Made by a program: the position numbers and the translations under genes. Shown here in pieces: positions 49,798-59,586 of a DNA stretch of 64,000 bases. How positions within the stretch are numbered: position 1 is the first letter of the stretch; each line of letters opens with the position of its first letter. The DNA is taken from contig WJIZ01000041.1 in the NCBI GenBank assembly GCA_014729995.1, forward strand, positions 10,584 through 74,583. The letters run 5' to 3'. The notes under the pieces are model-generated. The model was not told where the DNA came from. It did no database searches and saw only the letters and a program-made list of their open reading frames with translations. The stretch is from Candidatus Woesearchaeota archaeon. GTDB taxonomy: Archaea > Nanobdellota > Nanobdellia > Woesearchaeales > WJIZ01.

Positions 49798-50160
49798 TTG
49801 TTGAGGGAAATTCTTTTTGTATTAATTATTGGTGTATTTGTTGCGGGCTGTGCCCAACAATCGGGTGATACTTCTCTGCAGGAAGCGGAATCCTTGCCGG
49901 GATCAGAAACACAGGATGGAAATTCTTTAATAACAGCAGAAGAGTTCTCCGAACACGACAATGAAGGCGACTGCTGGATAGTCTATGAAGGCAAAGTATA
50001 TGATATATCAGGGTCAGCAGACCACCCAAACATGATGGAAACATTCTGGAAACATTGCGGCAAAACTTCAGGATTTGAGCAGGGAGCAAAAAGCAGGCAC
50101 AGTGGAAGCAGCCAATCCCGCCTGGAAAGGTTTGGAGATTATGTGGGGGATATTGAATGA
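49798..50160 (+). CDS. cytochrome b5-like haem/steroid-binding-domain lipoprotein
   Basis: Lipobox LIIGVFVAGC. Cyt-b5 fold pattern HDNEGDCWIVYEGKVYDIS. Confidence 0.55.
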   Translation: MLREILFVLIIGVFVAGCAQQSGDTSLQEAESLPGSETQDGNSLITAEEFSEHDNEGDCWIVYEGKVYDISGSADHPNMMETFWKHCGKTSGFEQGAKSRHSGSSQSRLERFGDYVGDIE

Positions 50161-50473
50161 GATTTAATCTTGTTTTAATTTCTTATACAAATTTTTATGT
50201 CTCACAAGAAATAGAGATAAATGTTTAGAGAAAATGATCAGCTTCTTAGTTTACCAATTATGCTTCAATAAAAAGCAAAACATATAGTATTGGTAACTGT
50301 TCTTCTATAGGCGTCTCTAAAAAAATTTCCTTTACATTATAACATAAAATAGATTTTAACTAATATTTAATAACAATTTAATTTATATATCTTAAACCTA
50401 CTTATTTTTTATAACAAAATTTCAAAACAAAGGTTTATATACAATGAAAACATACTGGAATTAAGGGTGAATT

Positions 50474-51505
50474 ATGGGGAGCAATGCCTTTAGAAAAATT
50501 TTTGTAATAGTAGCAATAGTAATTATAGGGATAATCCTTGTTATAGCATTCAGACCGGGAAGCAGCCCCTTAACTGCATCTGAAGATACAGATAGATATA
50601 AATCCAAATCTGGTAATTCCCAATCTGGTAAAATAAAAACAACACCAGAAGGAACAAAATACTTGGTTCATCCCGACAAGCTCATAGGGGGCGGCCCGCC
50701 AAAAAACGGCATACCAAGCATTGATAGCCCTGAATTTGTATCAGTACAGGAAGCAGATGAATGGCTTGCAGACGACGAGGAAGTCCTTGCGCTGGAATAT
50801 AAAGGGGAAAGGAGAGTCTATCCGCTGCAGATTATGGTCTGGCACGAAATCGTAAATGATAATGTACAAGGCAGCCCTGTTCTTATCACATACTGCCCAC
50901 TTTGCGCTACAGGAATTGCATTTGAAAGAACTATAGGCGGAGAAGAAGTAGAATTCGGAACTTCAGGAAAGCTATATAACTCAAATCTGGTCATGTACGA
51001 CCGAAAGACAGATTCTTATTGGACACAGATAGGCGGCAGGGCTATAGTGGGGGAATTAGCAGGAATGGAACTTGCCAATATTCCCATCAGCACAGTGAAA
51101 TGGGGCAATTGGAAACAATCACATCCGGATTCAAAAGTCCTTAGCAGGGACACAGGGCATATCAGAAACTACGGCGCAGATCCCTACGGGAATTACTACA
51201 ATACAGATGATGTATTGTTTCCCTTAGAGAACGAGGATGAGGATAATACCGCCCATCCAAAAGTCATTGTCTTTGGGATTGAGATAAACAACCAGTCCAA
51301 AGCCTATCCTGAAGCAGAGCTGAACAGGTTAAGGACAATAGAAGATATACTGGGAGGAGCCCCTATAACACTGAAAAAAGACAGCGACGGCATCATCTCA
51401 GCAAAAAACAGCAACACAGGCAAAAACATCCCTTTCGAAAGAAGTTTTTGGTTCGCATGGCATGCTTTCCATCCGGACACAGAGATTTACAGAGCGAAAT
51501 CGTAA
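50474..51505 (+). CDS. DUF3179-domain membrane-anchored protein
   Basis: N-terminal TM. The DUF3179 core has (PKNGIPSIDSPEF, V.A.EY.GE.RVYPL.I...HEIVND). A CPLC pair is present. Confidence 0.5.
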   Translation: MGSNAFRKIFVIVAIVIIGIILVIAFRPGSSPLTASEDTDRYKSKSGNSQSGKIKTTPEGTKYLVHPDKLIGGGPPKNGIPSIDSPEFVSVQEADEWLADDEEVLALEYKGERRVYPLQIMVWHEIVNDNVQGSPVLITYCPLCATGIAFERTIGGEEVEFGTSGKLYNSNLVMYDRKTDSYWTQIGGRAIVGELAGMELANIPISTVKWGNWKQSHPDSKVLSRDTGHIRNYGADPYGNYYNTDDVLFPLENEDEDNTAHPKVIVFGIEINNQSKAYPEAELNRLRTIEDILGGAPITLKKDSDGIISAKNSNTGKNIPFERSFWFAWHAFHPDTEIYRAKS

Positions 51506-51623
51506 TTCAGCATGCAATTTGGGGGTACTTAACATGTCAAAAAAAAATCTTAGTCTTATTTTACTCGACAGGGAGAGCACGTAGCAAGGCTGGCCGCTAA
51601 ATTAAAAAAAATGAGGTAACAAA

Positions 51624-52190
51624 ATGAAAAAAACAATAATATTCCTAATAACTATCTTAGTAATCATCAGCGCATGCACTACTCAAACACAACAGGAAAA
51701 TAACGGGGATAATGAGATGGTGGAAAATCAGGAAGACGAGATGAGTGGGCCGAGCGATGTGGATAAAGACATGAATAAACAAATGAATGAAGATAAAAAT
51801 TATCAGGATAACTCGCCAAACTACCATGGCAACATCTTAGCAGGCACAACCTCTCCTTATATAGAATTTAATAAAGCAGACTATGAAAAAGCAAAGCAGC
51901 AAAACAAGATAATAATGCTGTATTTCTACGCAACATGGTGCCCTATATGCGAAGAAGAGCAAGAGTATGTACATGCAGCTTTCAGTGAGCTTAGCCTGGA
52001 TAATGTTGTTGGCTTCAGGGTAAATTACAATGACGGCGAAACAGACGATATAGAAAGGGAACTAGCTAAAAAATACGGCATAGCATACCAGCACACAAAA
52101 GTCATCATAAAAGAAGGGGAGCAGGTTCTTAAAGCCCCTGACAGCTGGCAAAAAGAGCGTTATTTAGAGGAAATCAGGAGGGTGGAATAA
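51624..52190 (+). CDS. thioredoxin-fold lipoprotein (extracytoplasmic thiol-disulfide oxidoreductase)
   Basis: Lipobox IISAC. WCPIC active site. Confidence 0.7.
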   Translation: MKKTIIFLITILVIISACTTQTQQENNGDNEMVENQEDEMSGPSDVDKDMNKQMNEDKNYQDNSPNYHGNILAGTTSPYIEFNKADYEKAKQQNKIIMLYFYATWCPICEEEQEYVHAAFSELSLDNVVGFRVNYNDGETDDIERELAKKYGIAYQHTKVIIKEGEQVLKAPDSWQKERYLEEIRRVE

Positions 52191-52191
52191 A

Positions 52192-53025
52192 ATGGCAGGC
52201 AGGTGGCAGATATTTACAAGCAGCATTTTTTTTGTTTTGGGTTTTTCAGTGATATTTTCATTATTGGGAGTCCTGCTCCAGACAGTGCTCTCTAACATCG
52301 GATATTCAGTCCAGATATGGCTGGGCAGGATAGGTGGGGCAATTATAATCTTATTTGGCCTCTATATCCTCGGCTTGTTAAGGCCTAAATTCCTGGAAAA
52401 AGAGCATAAATTCTCAGTAAAAAAGAAATTCAGGTCTCGCTACACAACAAGCTTTGTCTTTGGAGCAGCCTTTGCAGTAGGCTGGACCCCCTGCGTTACC
52501 GCTGCTTTGGGAGCTATTCTTGCATTGGCCACAACCAAGCCGTCCAGTGCATTCGTTTTGTTGATGACCTATACTCTTGGTCTGGGATTGCCTTTTTTAT
52601 TGGTAGGCCTGTTCACAGACCAGGCTCAAAAATTCGTAAACAGGAACAGCAGCTGGATTTCATGGGTTCAGAAAATATTCGGTGTTATCCTTGTAATAAT
52701 AGGCATCTTGATATTCACCAACCAATTGAGCAGGGTGGCTAACTTTGAGTTCGCTGTAAACGCATTAGCAAATCTTGATATAGCAAGCGTGGGCGGAGCA
52801 GATATAAGCGGCCTCAGCTTAGTAAGCTTTGGGGTGGCTTTCCTTGCAGGCCTCGTTTCTTTCTTAAGCCCGTGCGTCCTGCCTATAATACCCGGCTTCC
52901 TGTCTTACCTTGCAGCGTCAGGGTCAGGTGAAGATAAAAAAGAACACAATGGTGAAAACAAAAGGGGAAAATCAGGAGAAAAACAGGAAAACAAAGAAAG
53001 CGGAGAAGAACAAAAAGGAAAATGA
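52192..53025 (+). CDS. ccdA: CcdA/DsbD-family transmembrane thiol-disulfide electron shuttle, with E/K-rich C-terminal tail
   Basis: Six TM helices with conserved Cys in TM1 (the track shows G, so position uncertain) and TM4 (SPCVLPIIPG). Stop overlaps the next gene. Confidence 0.7.
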   Translation: MAGRWQIFTSSIFFVLGFSVIFSLLGVLLQTVLSNIGYSVQIWLGRIGGAIIILFGLYILGLLRPKFLEKEHKFSVKKKFRSRYTTSFVFGAAFAVGWTPCVTAALGAILALATTKPSSAFVLLMTYTLGLGLPFLLVGLFTDQAQKFVNRNSSWISWVQKIFGVILVIIGILIFTNQLSRVANFEFAVNALANLDIASVGGADISGLSLVSFGVAFLAGLVSFLSPCVLPIIPGFLSYLAASGSGEDKKEHNGENKRGKSGEKQENKESGEEQKGK

Positions 53026-54173
53026 AAACCAGAAACATAGTCCTGATTGTTGCATTGATTGTCATAGCTGGAGTTATATTCTGGCTGGAGAGCCAGCAAA
53101 CAAGAATAACAGGGCCTTCTCCCGAATCAGACATAATCGCTGAGAATCTTACTAGGGAGCAGCAGAACAATGTATCGGGTCAGGAGCAAACAGCGCAATT
53201 CGACTATCCTACTCAACAGGATCTTCAAAGGATAGAGCAAAAATCACAAAAATATGACAGGGCAAAGGAGCTTGTTGATCCCGGAAAATTCATAAACACA
53301 GAGCCATTCAATATATCCTCCTTGATAGGAAAGCAAATTGTCTTAGTTGATTTCTGGACCTACAGCTGCATAAACTGCCAGAGAACTTTGCCTTACCTTA
53401 ATGCATGGCATGAAAAATACTCAGATAAGGGGCTTACCATAATAGGGGTCCACACCCCCGAGTTCAAGTTCGAGGAAAACTTTAACAATGTGAAAAACGC
53501 AGTAGAAAGGTTCAATATAGCTTATCCTGTAGTGCAGGACAACGAGTACAAGACCTGGCGCGCATACAACAACCGCTACTGGCCGAGAAAATACCTCATT
53601 GATGTCGACGGTTTCATAATATATGACCATATAGGTGAAGGCGCTTACGAAGAGACAGAGCTGAAGATACAGGAGCTTCTTAAGGAAAGAAAAGAGGTCC
53701 TTGGCATTGGTGAAGAAGTGCCTGAAGGAACAGCAGATGTAGACGCGGACGGCCCAAGTTTTGGCAGGATAAACTCGCCCGAGATATATTTCGGCTATAA
53801 AAGGGGCAAAGAGCAGATAGGAAACAGGCAGGGCTACCAGCCGGATGAAATCGTAAATTATGCCATAACACAGGCGCCAAAAGCAAACAAATTTTATCTG
53901 GAAGGGGAATGGAAAAACAACCCGGAGAATATGGAATTAGTCAGCGAAAAAGGCTCCTTGATCTTCAAATACAATGCAAAGAATGTCAACTTGGTTGCCG
54001 GCTCAGGTTCCCCTGCCGAACTGACAGTTGTCCTCGACGGAATTGAGAAAGAAACAATAACAGTGCAGGAAGAAACTCTCTACGAACTGATCGAAGGAGA
54101 TGATTATGGGGAGCACGTCTTAGGAATAAACTTTAACCAAGGCATAAAAATCTACACTTTTACTTTCGGCTAG
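53022..54173 (+). CDS. membrane-anchored redoxin (TlpA/ResA-like) with extra C-terminal domain
   Basis: N-terminal TM. LVDFWTYSCINCQ CxxC. Redoxin fold (IIGVHTPEF..). Confidence 0.7.
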   Translation: MKTRNIVLIVALIVIAGVIFWLESQQTRITGPSPESDIIAENLTREQQNNVSGQEQTAQFDYPTQQDLQRIEQKSQKYDRAKELVDPGKFINTEPFNISSLIGKQIVLVDFWTYSCINCQRTLPYLNAWHEKYSDKGLTIIGVHTPEFKFEENFNNVKNAVERFNIAYPVVQDNEYKTWRAYNNRYWPRKYLIDVDGFIIYDHIGEGAYEETELKIQELLKERKEVLGIGEEVPEGTADVDADGPSFGRINSPEIYFGYKRGKEQIGNRQGYQPDEIVNYAITQAPKANKFYLEGEWKNNPENMELVSEKGSLIFKYNAKNVNLVAGSGSPAELTVVLDGIEKETITVQEETLYELIEGDDYGEHVLGINFNQGIKIYTFTFG

Positions 54174-54192
54174 AGCAAAGGAGGCAATTAAA

Positions 54193-54585
54193 ATGGACAA
54201 GGTGCAGCACTTTGAAATTCCTGCAAAAGACATGAAAAGGGCTGAAAAGTTCTACAGAGATGTCTTTGGCTGGAAAATACAGGATGTATCGATAGGAGAC
54301 ATGAAATACAGCATGGCGCATACGGCAGAAACTGATAAGAAGGGAATGACAAAGGAAACAAACGTGATAAATGGCGCAATAATGGAAAAGGACAGTTCAA
54401 TAGCCGGCCCGGTTGTGGTCATAACTGTCGGCTCGATAAACAGGGCAGTTGAGAAGGTAAGGGATAAAGGGGGCTCTGTAGTAATCCCCAAGAACAAGGT
54501 CGAAAACATGGGGATGTATGCAAGAGTCAAAGACACTGAAGGAAACATAATCGGCCTCTGGGAAAATATAAGGAATGCAGGCTGA
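54193..54585 (+). CDS. VOC/glyoxalase-family protein
   Basis: [19 protein letters not shown] and a beta-alpha-beta-beta-beta module. Confidence 0.6.
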   Translation: MDKVQHFEIPAKDMKRAEKFYRDVFGWKIQDVSIGDMKYSMAHTAETDKKGMTKETNVINGAIMEKDSSIAGPVVVITVGSINRAVEKVRDKGGSVVIPKNKVENMGMYARVKDTEGNIIGLWENIRNAG

Positions 54586-54608
54586 TAGCAGCTATATCGG
54601 GATCTGCC

Positions 54609-55676
54609 ATGAAACGCCTTTTATTTGTTGTGAATACCCTGCTGCCTGCAGGGGTTAGGATTTTATTTATTTTAGTAATCATACTCTTATTGGCGGTTAG
54701 CTGCACTTACCAATCACAAGGCGAGGAAAAAATGGAAAAAACAGAAAAAACCCAAACAGCCACTTTTGCAGGAGGATGCTTCTGGTGCATAGAAGCTGCT
54801 TTTGAAGAAGTTTCAGGAGTCATAGAAGCAACATCAGGCTACACAGGAGGGCATGAGGAAGCTCTTGCATACGAGGAAGTGTCTAAGGGAACAACAGGCC
54901 ACTATGAGGCAGTCCAGGTTAGGTATGACTCTTCCAAGGTCAGCTATAAAGAACTTCTCGGAATATTCTGGAAGCAGATAAACCCGACAGATGCTGCAGG
55001 CCAGTTTGGGGACAGGGGCCAGCAGTACAGGACAGCAGTATTTTACCACAACCAAACACAAAAAAAGCTTGCTGAGAGCTCAAAAGAAGAAGTGCAGGCC
55101 AAATTCGATAGTCCGGTTGTAACTGAAATCTTGCCACTCAAAAAATTTTATCCCGCAGAAGAGCATCACCAGGACTATTACAAAAAGCACTCTATAAAGT
55201 ACAATCTCTACAAGAAGGCTTCAGGCCGCGAGCAATATATCCGGCAAACCTGGTCGGAAGATGATCCATTAGGCAAGCTTACTCCATTGCAGAGGAAAGT
55301 AACCCAGGAAGGCTCTACAGAGAAGCCTTTTAATAACGAATACTGGAACAACACAAAAGAAGGGATCTATGTTGATATAGTTTCCGGAGAGCCTTTATTC
55401 AGCTCTGGGGACAAGTTCAAGTCAGGCACAGGCTGGCCCAGCTTCACCAAGCCATTAGAGCCGGAAAACATCATAGAAAAACAGGACAACAGCCATTTCA
55501 TGCAGAGGACAGAAGTGAAAAGCAAAAATGCGGATTCACACCTTGGCCATGTTTTCAGCGACGGCCCTCAGCCAACGGGAAAAAGGTACTGCATAAACTC
55601 GGCAGCATTAAGGTTTATTCCCAGGGAAGACCTTGAAAAAGAAGGCTACGCAGAATACATCAGCCTGTTCGATTAA
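54609..55676 (+). CDS. msrAB: membrane-anchored bifunctional peptide methionine sulfoxide reductase MsrA-MsrB
   Basis: N-terminal TM. MsrA GGCFWC and YHQ.Y. MsrB GTGWPSF, HLGHVF.DGP, RYCINS. Confidence 0.85.
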   Translation: MKRLLFVVNTLLPAGVRILFILVIILLLAVSCTYQSQGEEKMEKTEKTQTATFAGGCFWCIEAAFEEVSGVIEATSGYTGGHEEALAYEEVSKGTTGHYEAVQVRYDSSKVSYKELLGIFWKQINPTDAAGQFGDRGQQYRTAVFYHNQTQKKLAESSKEEVQAKFDSPVVTEILPLKKFYPAEEHHQDYYKKHSIKYNLYKKASGREQYIRQTWSEDDPLGKLTPLQRKVTQEGSTEKPFNNEYWNNTKEGIYVDIVSGEPLFSSGDKFKSGTGWPSFTKPLEPENIIEKQDNSHFMQRTEVKSKNADSHLGHVFSDGPQPTGKRYCINSAALRFIPREDLEKEGYAEYISLFD

Positions 55677-55858
55677 TCGAAATCATTATAAACATCTAAA
55701 TCTTACCATGCATATAGTGTTCTTTGCCTGGGGTGTTGGAATGAAAGTTAAGTATAAGAGATACAATCGGATATTAGCAGGAGATTTTTACGATTTTAAT
55801 ATCACGGATATAGAATTAGAATATACAAGAATCTTCTTAGGGGAAGCCAAAACGTAAA

Positions 55859-56578
55859 ATGGAAAAAACACTCGAGATTACTGGAATAAGAGACGAAACA
55901 CATGATGTAAAGACTTTCAGGCTGAAGTCGGATGAAAAGATTGGCTTTATTCCCGGACAGTATGCGTTATTTTCATTCGCTGATAAAGAAGATTTTGAAA
56001 ATGAGGCAAGGCCTTTTACTTTTGCCAATTCTCCCACAGTTAAAGATTATATAGAGATAACTGTGAAGAAGATGGGAAAATTCACATCTGCTCTGCACTC
56101 TTCCCGGAAAGGGGACAAGCTGAAGCTTAGCGGCCCGGGTGGAGAGAGCCTTAATTTTGACGAGAATATAAAGGATGATGTTGTCTTCATTGCCGGCGGC
56201 TCCGGAATCACTCCCTTTATGTCATCATTAAGGTATGCAGCCGCTAAGGGGCTCGCCAATAACTTCACTCTTTTGTTCAGCAACCGTGCAAAAGATGATA
56301 TAATATACCATAAAGAACTGGGTGAAATGAACGAGAGGGGCAATATGAAAGTCGTACACACCCTGACTAAGAAAGCTCCGAAAGATTGGAATGGTGAGCA
56401 GGGCAGGATAAATGCAGATATGATAAAGAAGCACGTCGATAGTCCAAAAGGCAGGCTCTGGTATATCTGTGCTCCCCCTCCAATGGTGCATGCCATGGAG
56501 AAGATACTGAAGGACATGGACATTCCGGAAGAAAAATTAAAATTTGAGGACTGGCAGATAAAAGGAAAGCATGACTGA
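55859..56578 (+). CDS. FAD/NAD(P)H-binding oxidoreductase (ferredoxin-NADP reductase-like, no Fe-S domain)
   Basis: FAD motif RPFTFAN plus the beta-barrel. NAD motif FIAGGSGITPF, and CAPPPM. Confidence 0.7.
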   Translation: MEKTLEITGIRDETHDVKTFRLKSDEKIGFIPGQYALFSFADKEDFENEARPFTFANSPTVKDYIEITVKKMGKFTSALHSSRKGDKLKLSGPGGESLNFDENIKDDVVFIAGGSGITPFMSSLRYAAAKGLANNFTLLFSNRAKDDIIYHKELGEMNERGNMKVVHTLTKKAPKDWNGEQGRINADMIKKHVDSPKGRLWYICAPPPMVHAMEKILKDMDIPEEKLKFEDWQIKGKHD

Positions 56579-56587
56579 GGTGAAAAA

Positions 56588-56953
56588 ATGCCTGAAGAAA
56601 ACTGGTTTACGCAGATAAATAAGCCGAAAGATATGGATGATTTGCAGGATATCGAAAAAAAGCATCTTCCTGTAATCGAGTGTCCTGACACAGTAAAGAA
56701 AGCAGAGCCTTTTGAAGTTGCCATTAACACAGGGAAATTGCTTAAGCACCCCAACGAAAATACGCATTACATCCAGTGGGCTGAGCTCTTTGCGGATGAT
56801 CTCTTCATAAGCAAGGTAGACTTCATTCCCGTAATAGGCCATCCAAAAGTAACCCTTACCATCAGCCTTGATAAGAGCCGCACGCTTAAGGCAAGGGAAA
56901 GGTGCAATCTGCACGGAATCTGGGAATATTCCAAAGACATTAAGGTGGAATAA
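56588..56953 (+). CDS. sor: superoxide reductase (neelaredoxin / class II desulfoferrodoxin)
   Basis: EKKHLPVIE, H.NENTHYIQWAEL, and a C-terminal CNLHGIWE iron site. Confidence 0.8.
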   Translation: MPEENWFTQINKPKDMDDLQDIEKKHLPVIECPDTVKKAEPFEVAINTGKLLKHPNENTHYIQWAELFADDLFISKVDFIPVIGHPKVTLTISLDKSRTLKARERCNLHGIWEYSKDIKVE

Positions 56954-57199
56954 ATGGCGCTCGATCCCGGATTAGGAATAAAGCTGGTATATGTATTTGG
57001 CTGGACTAATATAATAACAGTCTTGCTGGTGCTTTTTTCCTGCAGGTGCACTCCCATAAGGCTGCCGGCAAAAATAAGGGAATCAGCATTCTACCGTTCA
57101 TTCTATAAGTACCACTGTTATTACTGGTGGATCTTTATAGCTTCTGTCATAGCACACGGAGCTGTAGCAGTGACAGTATTTGGCAATCCTTTCACATGA
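56954..57199 (+). CDS. small membrane protein
   Basis: 81 aa, two TM helices. Overlaps the neighbouring genes by 1-4 nt. Confidence 0.35.
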   Translation: MALDPGLGIKLVYVFGWTNIITVLLVLFSCRCTPIRLPAKIRESAFYRSFYKYHCYYWWIFIASVIAHGAVAVTVFGNPFT

Positions 57200-57312
57200 A
57201 AACGGAAGAACAGGTTCCCGGTGTTTGCGGCTCTAAGAGAAAAGAAAAAAATTTTTGTGAAGAGCCTGCAGCCAGCAGCGATAAGATGAAAAAATTCAGT
57301 TGTGAAAAATAA
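57196..57312 (+). CDS. possible 38-aa Cys-containing peptide
   Basis: ATGA overlap with the upstream gene. MKTEEQVPGVCGSKRKEKNFCEEPAASSDKMKKFSCEK. Ends just before the rubredoxin SD. Confidence 0.2.
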   Translation: MKTEEQVPGVCGSKRKEKNFCEEPAASSDKMKKFSCEK

Positions 57313-57324
57313 GGAGGTATGCAA

Positions 57325-57468
57325 ATGGCAAAAAAATTCTGGAAATGCAAGGTTTGCAGTGACATTCATTACGGCGAAGCAGGGCCTGAAATATGCCCTA
57401 CATGCCAGACAAAAAATGCTTACGGGGAATTGAGCAGGGATGACGCTAAGCAGGCAATGGAGGTATAA
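57325..57468 (+). CDS. rd: rubredoxin-like small protein (47 aa)
   Basis: WKCKVCSDIHYGEAGPEICPTCQ matches the rubrerythrin C-terminal/rubredoxin knuckles. AAGGAGG SD. Not in the ORF track. Confidence 0.55.
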   Translation: MAKKFWKCKVCSDIHYGEAGPEICPTCQTKNAYGELSRDDAKQAMEV

Positions 57469-57470
57469 AA

Positions 57471-57701
57471 ATGGCAGAAGTAAAAATATATTCCACACCA
57501 ACCTGCCCATGGTGTAAAAAGACAAAAGATTTCCTGAAGCAGAAGGGCGTTGATTTTAAGGACATAGATGTCTCTTCAGACGAAAAATCCAGGAATGAGA
57601 TGATTGATAAGTCAGGACAGATGGGCGTTCCTGTCTTGGACATCGACGGCAAGGTAATTGTCGGGTTTGACCAGAAAGCCATAGAATCTGCTTTATCATA
57701 A
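57471..57701 (+). CDS. glutaredoxin-like protein (NrdH/YruB type), paralog of 47594..47827
   Basis: YSTPTCPWCKKTK..GVPVLDI..IVGFD. About 70% identical to the first copy. Confidence 0.8.
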   Translation: MAEVKIYSTPTCPWCKKTKDFLKQKGVDFKDIDVSSDEKSRNEMIDKSGQMGVPVLDIDGKVIVGFDQKAIESALS

Positions 57702-57743
57702 GCTTTATATTATGAAGCAGTTTAGCTTAACATAGGTGATATT

Positions 57744-58034
57744 GTGGCCACTAAATCCATATCAAAATGCGTGCTCTGTGGCAGAAAGCGCTACGTAAAT
57801 GATATCCAGTTATGCAAGAGGTGCTCCGGAAAGAAAGAGAGCAGGGAATTATACAAGGAGAAATTTGAAGAGGAGCGCCTGCAGAAAGAGATGGAAGAGG
57901 AGCAGAGAAGAAAAGAGGCAGAGCAGACCAAGGAAGCATTAGAAGAGCAGCAGCCTGAAGAGGAGAAAGAAGAGGAAGAGAAGGAACAGGCAGGCAAAGA
58001 AGAAGAAAAAGCAGAGAAAAAGAAACAGGAATAA
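57744..58034 (+). CDS. zinc-ribbon protein with E/K-rich low-complexity tail
   Basis: GTG start. CVLCGRK....CKRCSG. Confidence 0.4.
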   Translation: MATKSISKCVLCGRKRYVNDIQLCKRCSGKKESRELYKEKFEEERLQKEMEEEQRRKEAEQTKEALEEQQPEEEKEEEEKEQAGKEEEKAEKKKQE

Positions 58035-58195
58035 TATCTTCTGCCAAAAATCAGAAAACCTTAAAAACCTGCAGAAATTTCCATTTTACAGCCCTGCTAG
58101 GGGCAGCCCTTTTTAATTTTCTTCGGTAATTATTGCTTTTTAGCAATTTTTTCCGCAAGCTTTATATACTGCCTTTCGTCTATTATTTTTTTAAG

Positions 58196-59116
58196 ATGGG
58201 TGGTAAATTCAAGGGAAGGGATATAATCTCTATAAGAGATCTTTCTAAGGCTGACTTATTGGCTATTCTGGATGCGGCAAAAAAGCTCGACCAGAAGCCA
58301 AAGCGTGATTTGATGGTGTCAAAAGTGCTCGCAACCCTGTTCTTTGAGCCTTCTACAAGAACAAGGCTGAGTTTTATGAGCGCTATGGAGCGGATGGGAG
58401 GAAAAGTGCTGGGATTTGAGAATACAGAGGTGACCAGCGTGAAAAAAGGGGAAACGCTCTGGGACACCATAAAGATGGTTGCACAGTATGCTGATGTGAT
58501 TGTACAGAGGCATCCTACTGAAGGCGCGGCAAGGCTTGCTGCCGAAGCATCCTCGGTCCCGGTAATAAATGCGGGGGACGGTGCAAACCAGCACCCTACG
58601 CAGACTCTGCTTGATCTCTATACAATCAGGAAAGAAAAGGCTAAGCTGGATAACCTGAACATAGCCTTCGTAGGGGATTTAAAATATGGGAGAACAGTGC
58701 ATTCTTTATGCATAGCATTAAGCCACTTCAGGACAAAACTGTACTTTATCGCCCCGGAAGCATTGCAGATGCCGAAGAGCTACCTCGGCGATCTCGATAA
58801 TAAGAAAATACCCTATATCGTTGAGCAAGACTTGATGAAAGTTGCTCCGGATCTTGACGTGATTTATATGACCCGTATCCAGAAGGAAAGGTTTCCTGAC
58901 CCGGTCGAGTATAATAAGCTGAAAGGCGTGTACAGAATAGATAAGTCCCTGCTTGGCCACACTAAAAAAGACGTAAGGATAATGCATCCCCTTCCGCGCG
59001 TAGACGAGATAAACACAGACCTTGACGATTTCCCTCAGGCAGCTTACTTCAGGCAGGCAGGCAACGGGATTCCGGTAAGGCAGGCAGTTATAGCACTTGT
59101 TTCGGGGATGATGTAA
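58196..59116 (+). CDS. pyrB: aspartate carbamoyltransferase catalytic subunit
   Basis: STRTR, HPTQ, HPLP. Start chosen at the internal ATG 58196 rather than the TTG at 58133. Confidence 0.9.
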   Translation: MGGKFKGRDIISIRDLSKADLLAILDAAKKLDQKPKRDLMVSKVLATLFFEPSTRTRLSFMSAMERMGGKVLGFENTEVTSVKKGETLWDTIKMVAQYADVIVQRHPTEGAARLAAEASSVPVINAGDGANQHPTQTLLDLYTIRKEKAKLDNLNIAFVGDLKYGRTVHSLCIALSHFRTKLYFIAPEALQMPKSYLGDLDNKKIPYIVEQDLMKVAPDLDVIYMTRIQKERFPDPVEYNKLKGVYRIDKSLLGHTKKDVRIMHPLPRVDEINTDLDDFPQAAYFRQAGNGIPVRQAVIALVSGMM

Positions 59117-59117
59117 G

Positions 59118-59585
59118 ATGGCAAAATACCAGGCTAAAAGGGAGATAAAGATACCCGCAATAAAGGACGGCACAGTCATAGACCACATTCCAAGCAGGAT
59201 CACCTTTAAAATCATGCGCTTGATTGACCCCCAGGAATATAACCACACGATTAATCTTGCCCTTAATCTCAACAGCAAAAAAATGGGAAAGAAAGGCATC
59301 ATTAAATTGAGCAGCAGGAAGCTCACCCAGGATGAGGTGAATAAGATTTCGATTCTTGCGCCCAACGCGACAGTCAGCATAATCAGGGATTATGCAGTGA
59401 AAAAAAAGATTGAGGTCAAAATACCCAGGCTGATAGAAAAGATAGTCAGGTGCTCAAATCCGAATTGCATAACAAATGCTGAGGATGTCAGAACAAGGTT
59501 CAGCCTTGTCAGTAAAGAGCCTTTCAGTATAAGGTGCAATTATTGCGAAAGGGCCATGAGCAGGGACGATATTAAGCTAAATTAA
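59118..59585 (+). CDS. pyrI: aspartate carbamoyltransferase regulatory subunit
   Basis: Allosteric domain plus C-terminal Zn domain CSNPNC...CNYCE. Confidence 0.85.
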   Translation: MAKYQAKREIKIPAIKDGTVIDHIPSRITFKIMRLIDPQEYNHTINLALNLNSKKMGKKGIIKLSSRKLTQDEVNKISILAPNATVSIIRDYAVKKKIEVKIPRLIEKIVRCSNPNCITNAEDVRTRFSLVSKEPFSIRCNYCERAMSRDDIKLN

Positions 59586-59586
59586 G

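Noticed and set aside
56047-56914. 235-aa and 125-aa minus-strand ORFs opposite the FNR-like reductase and SOR genes
   Set aside because: They are antisense to well-supported genes with strong motif content, and their composition is typical of shadow ORFs.
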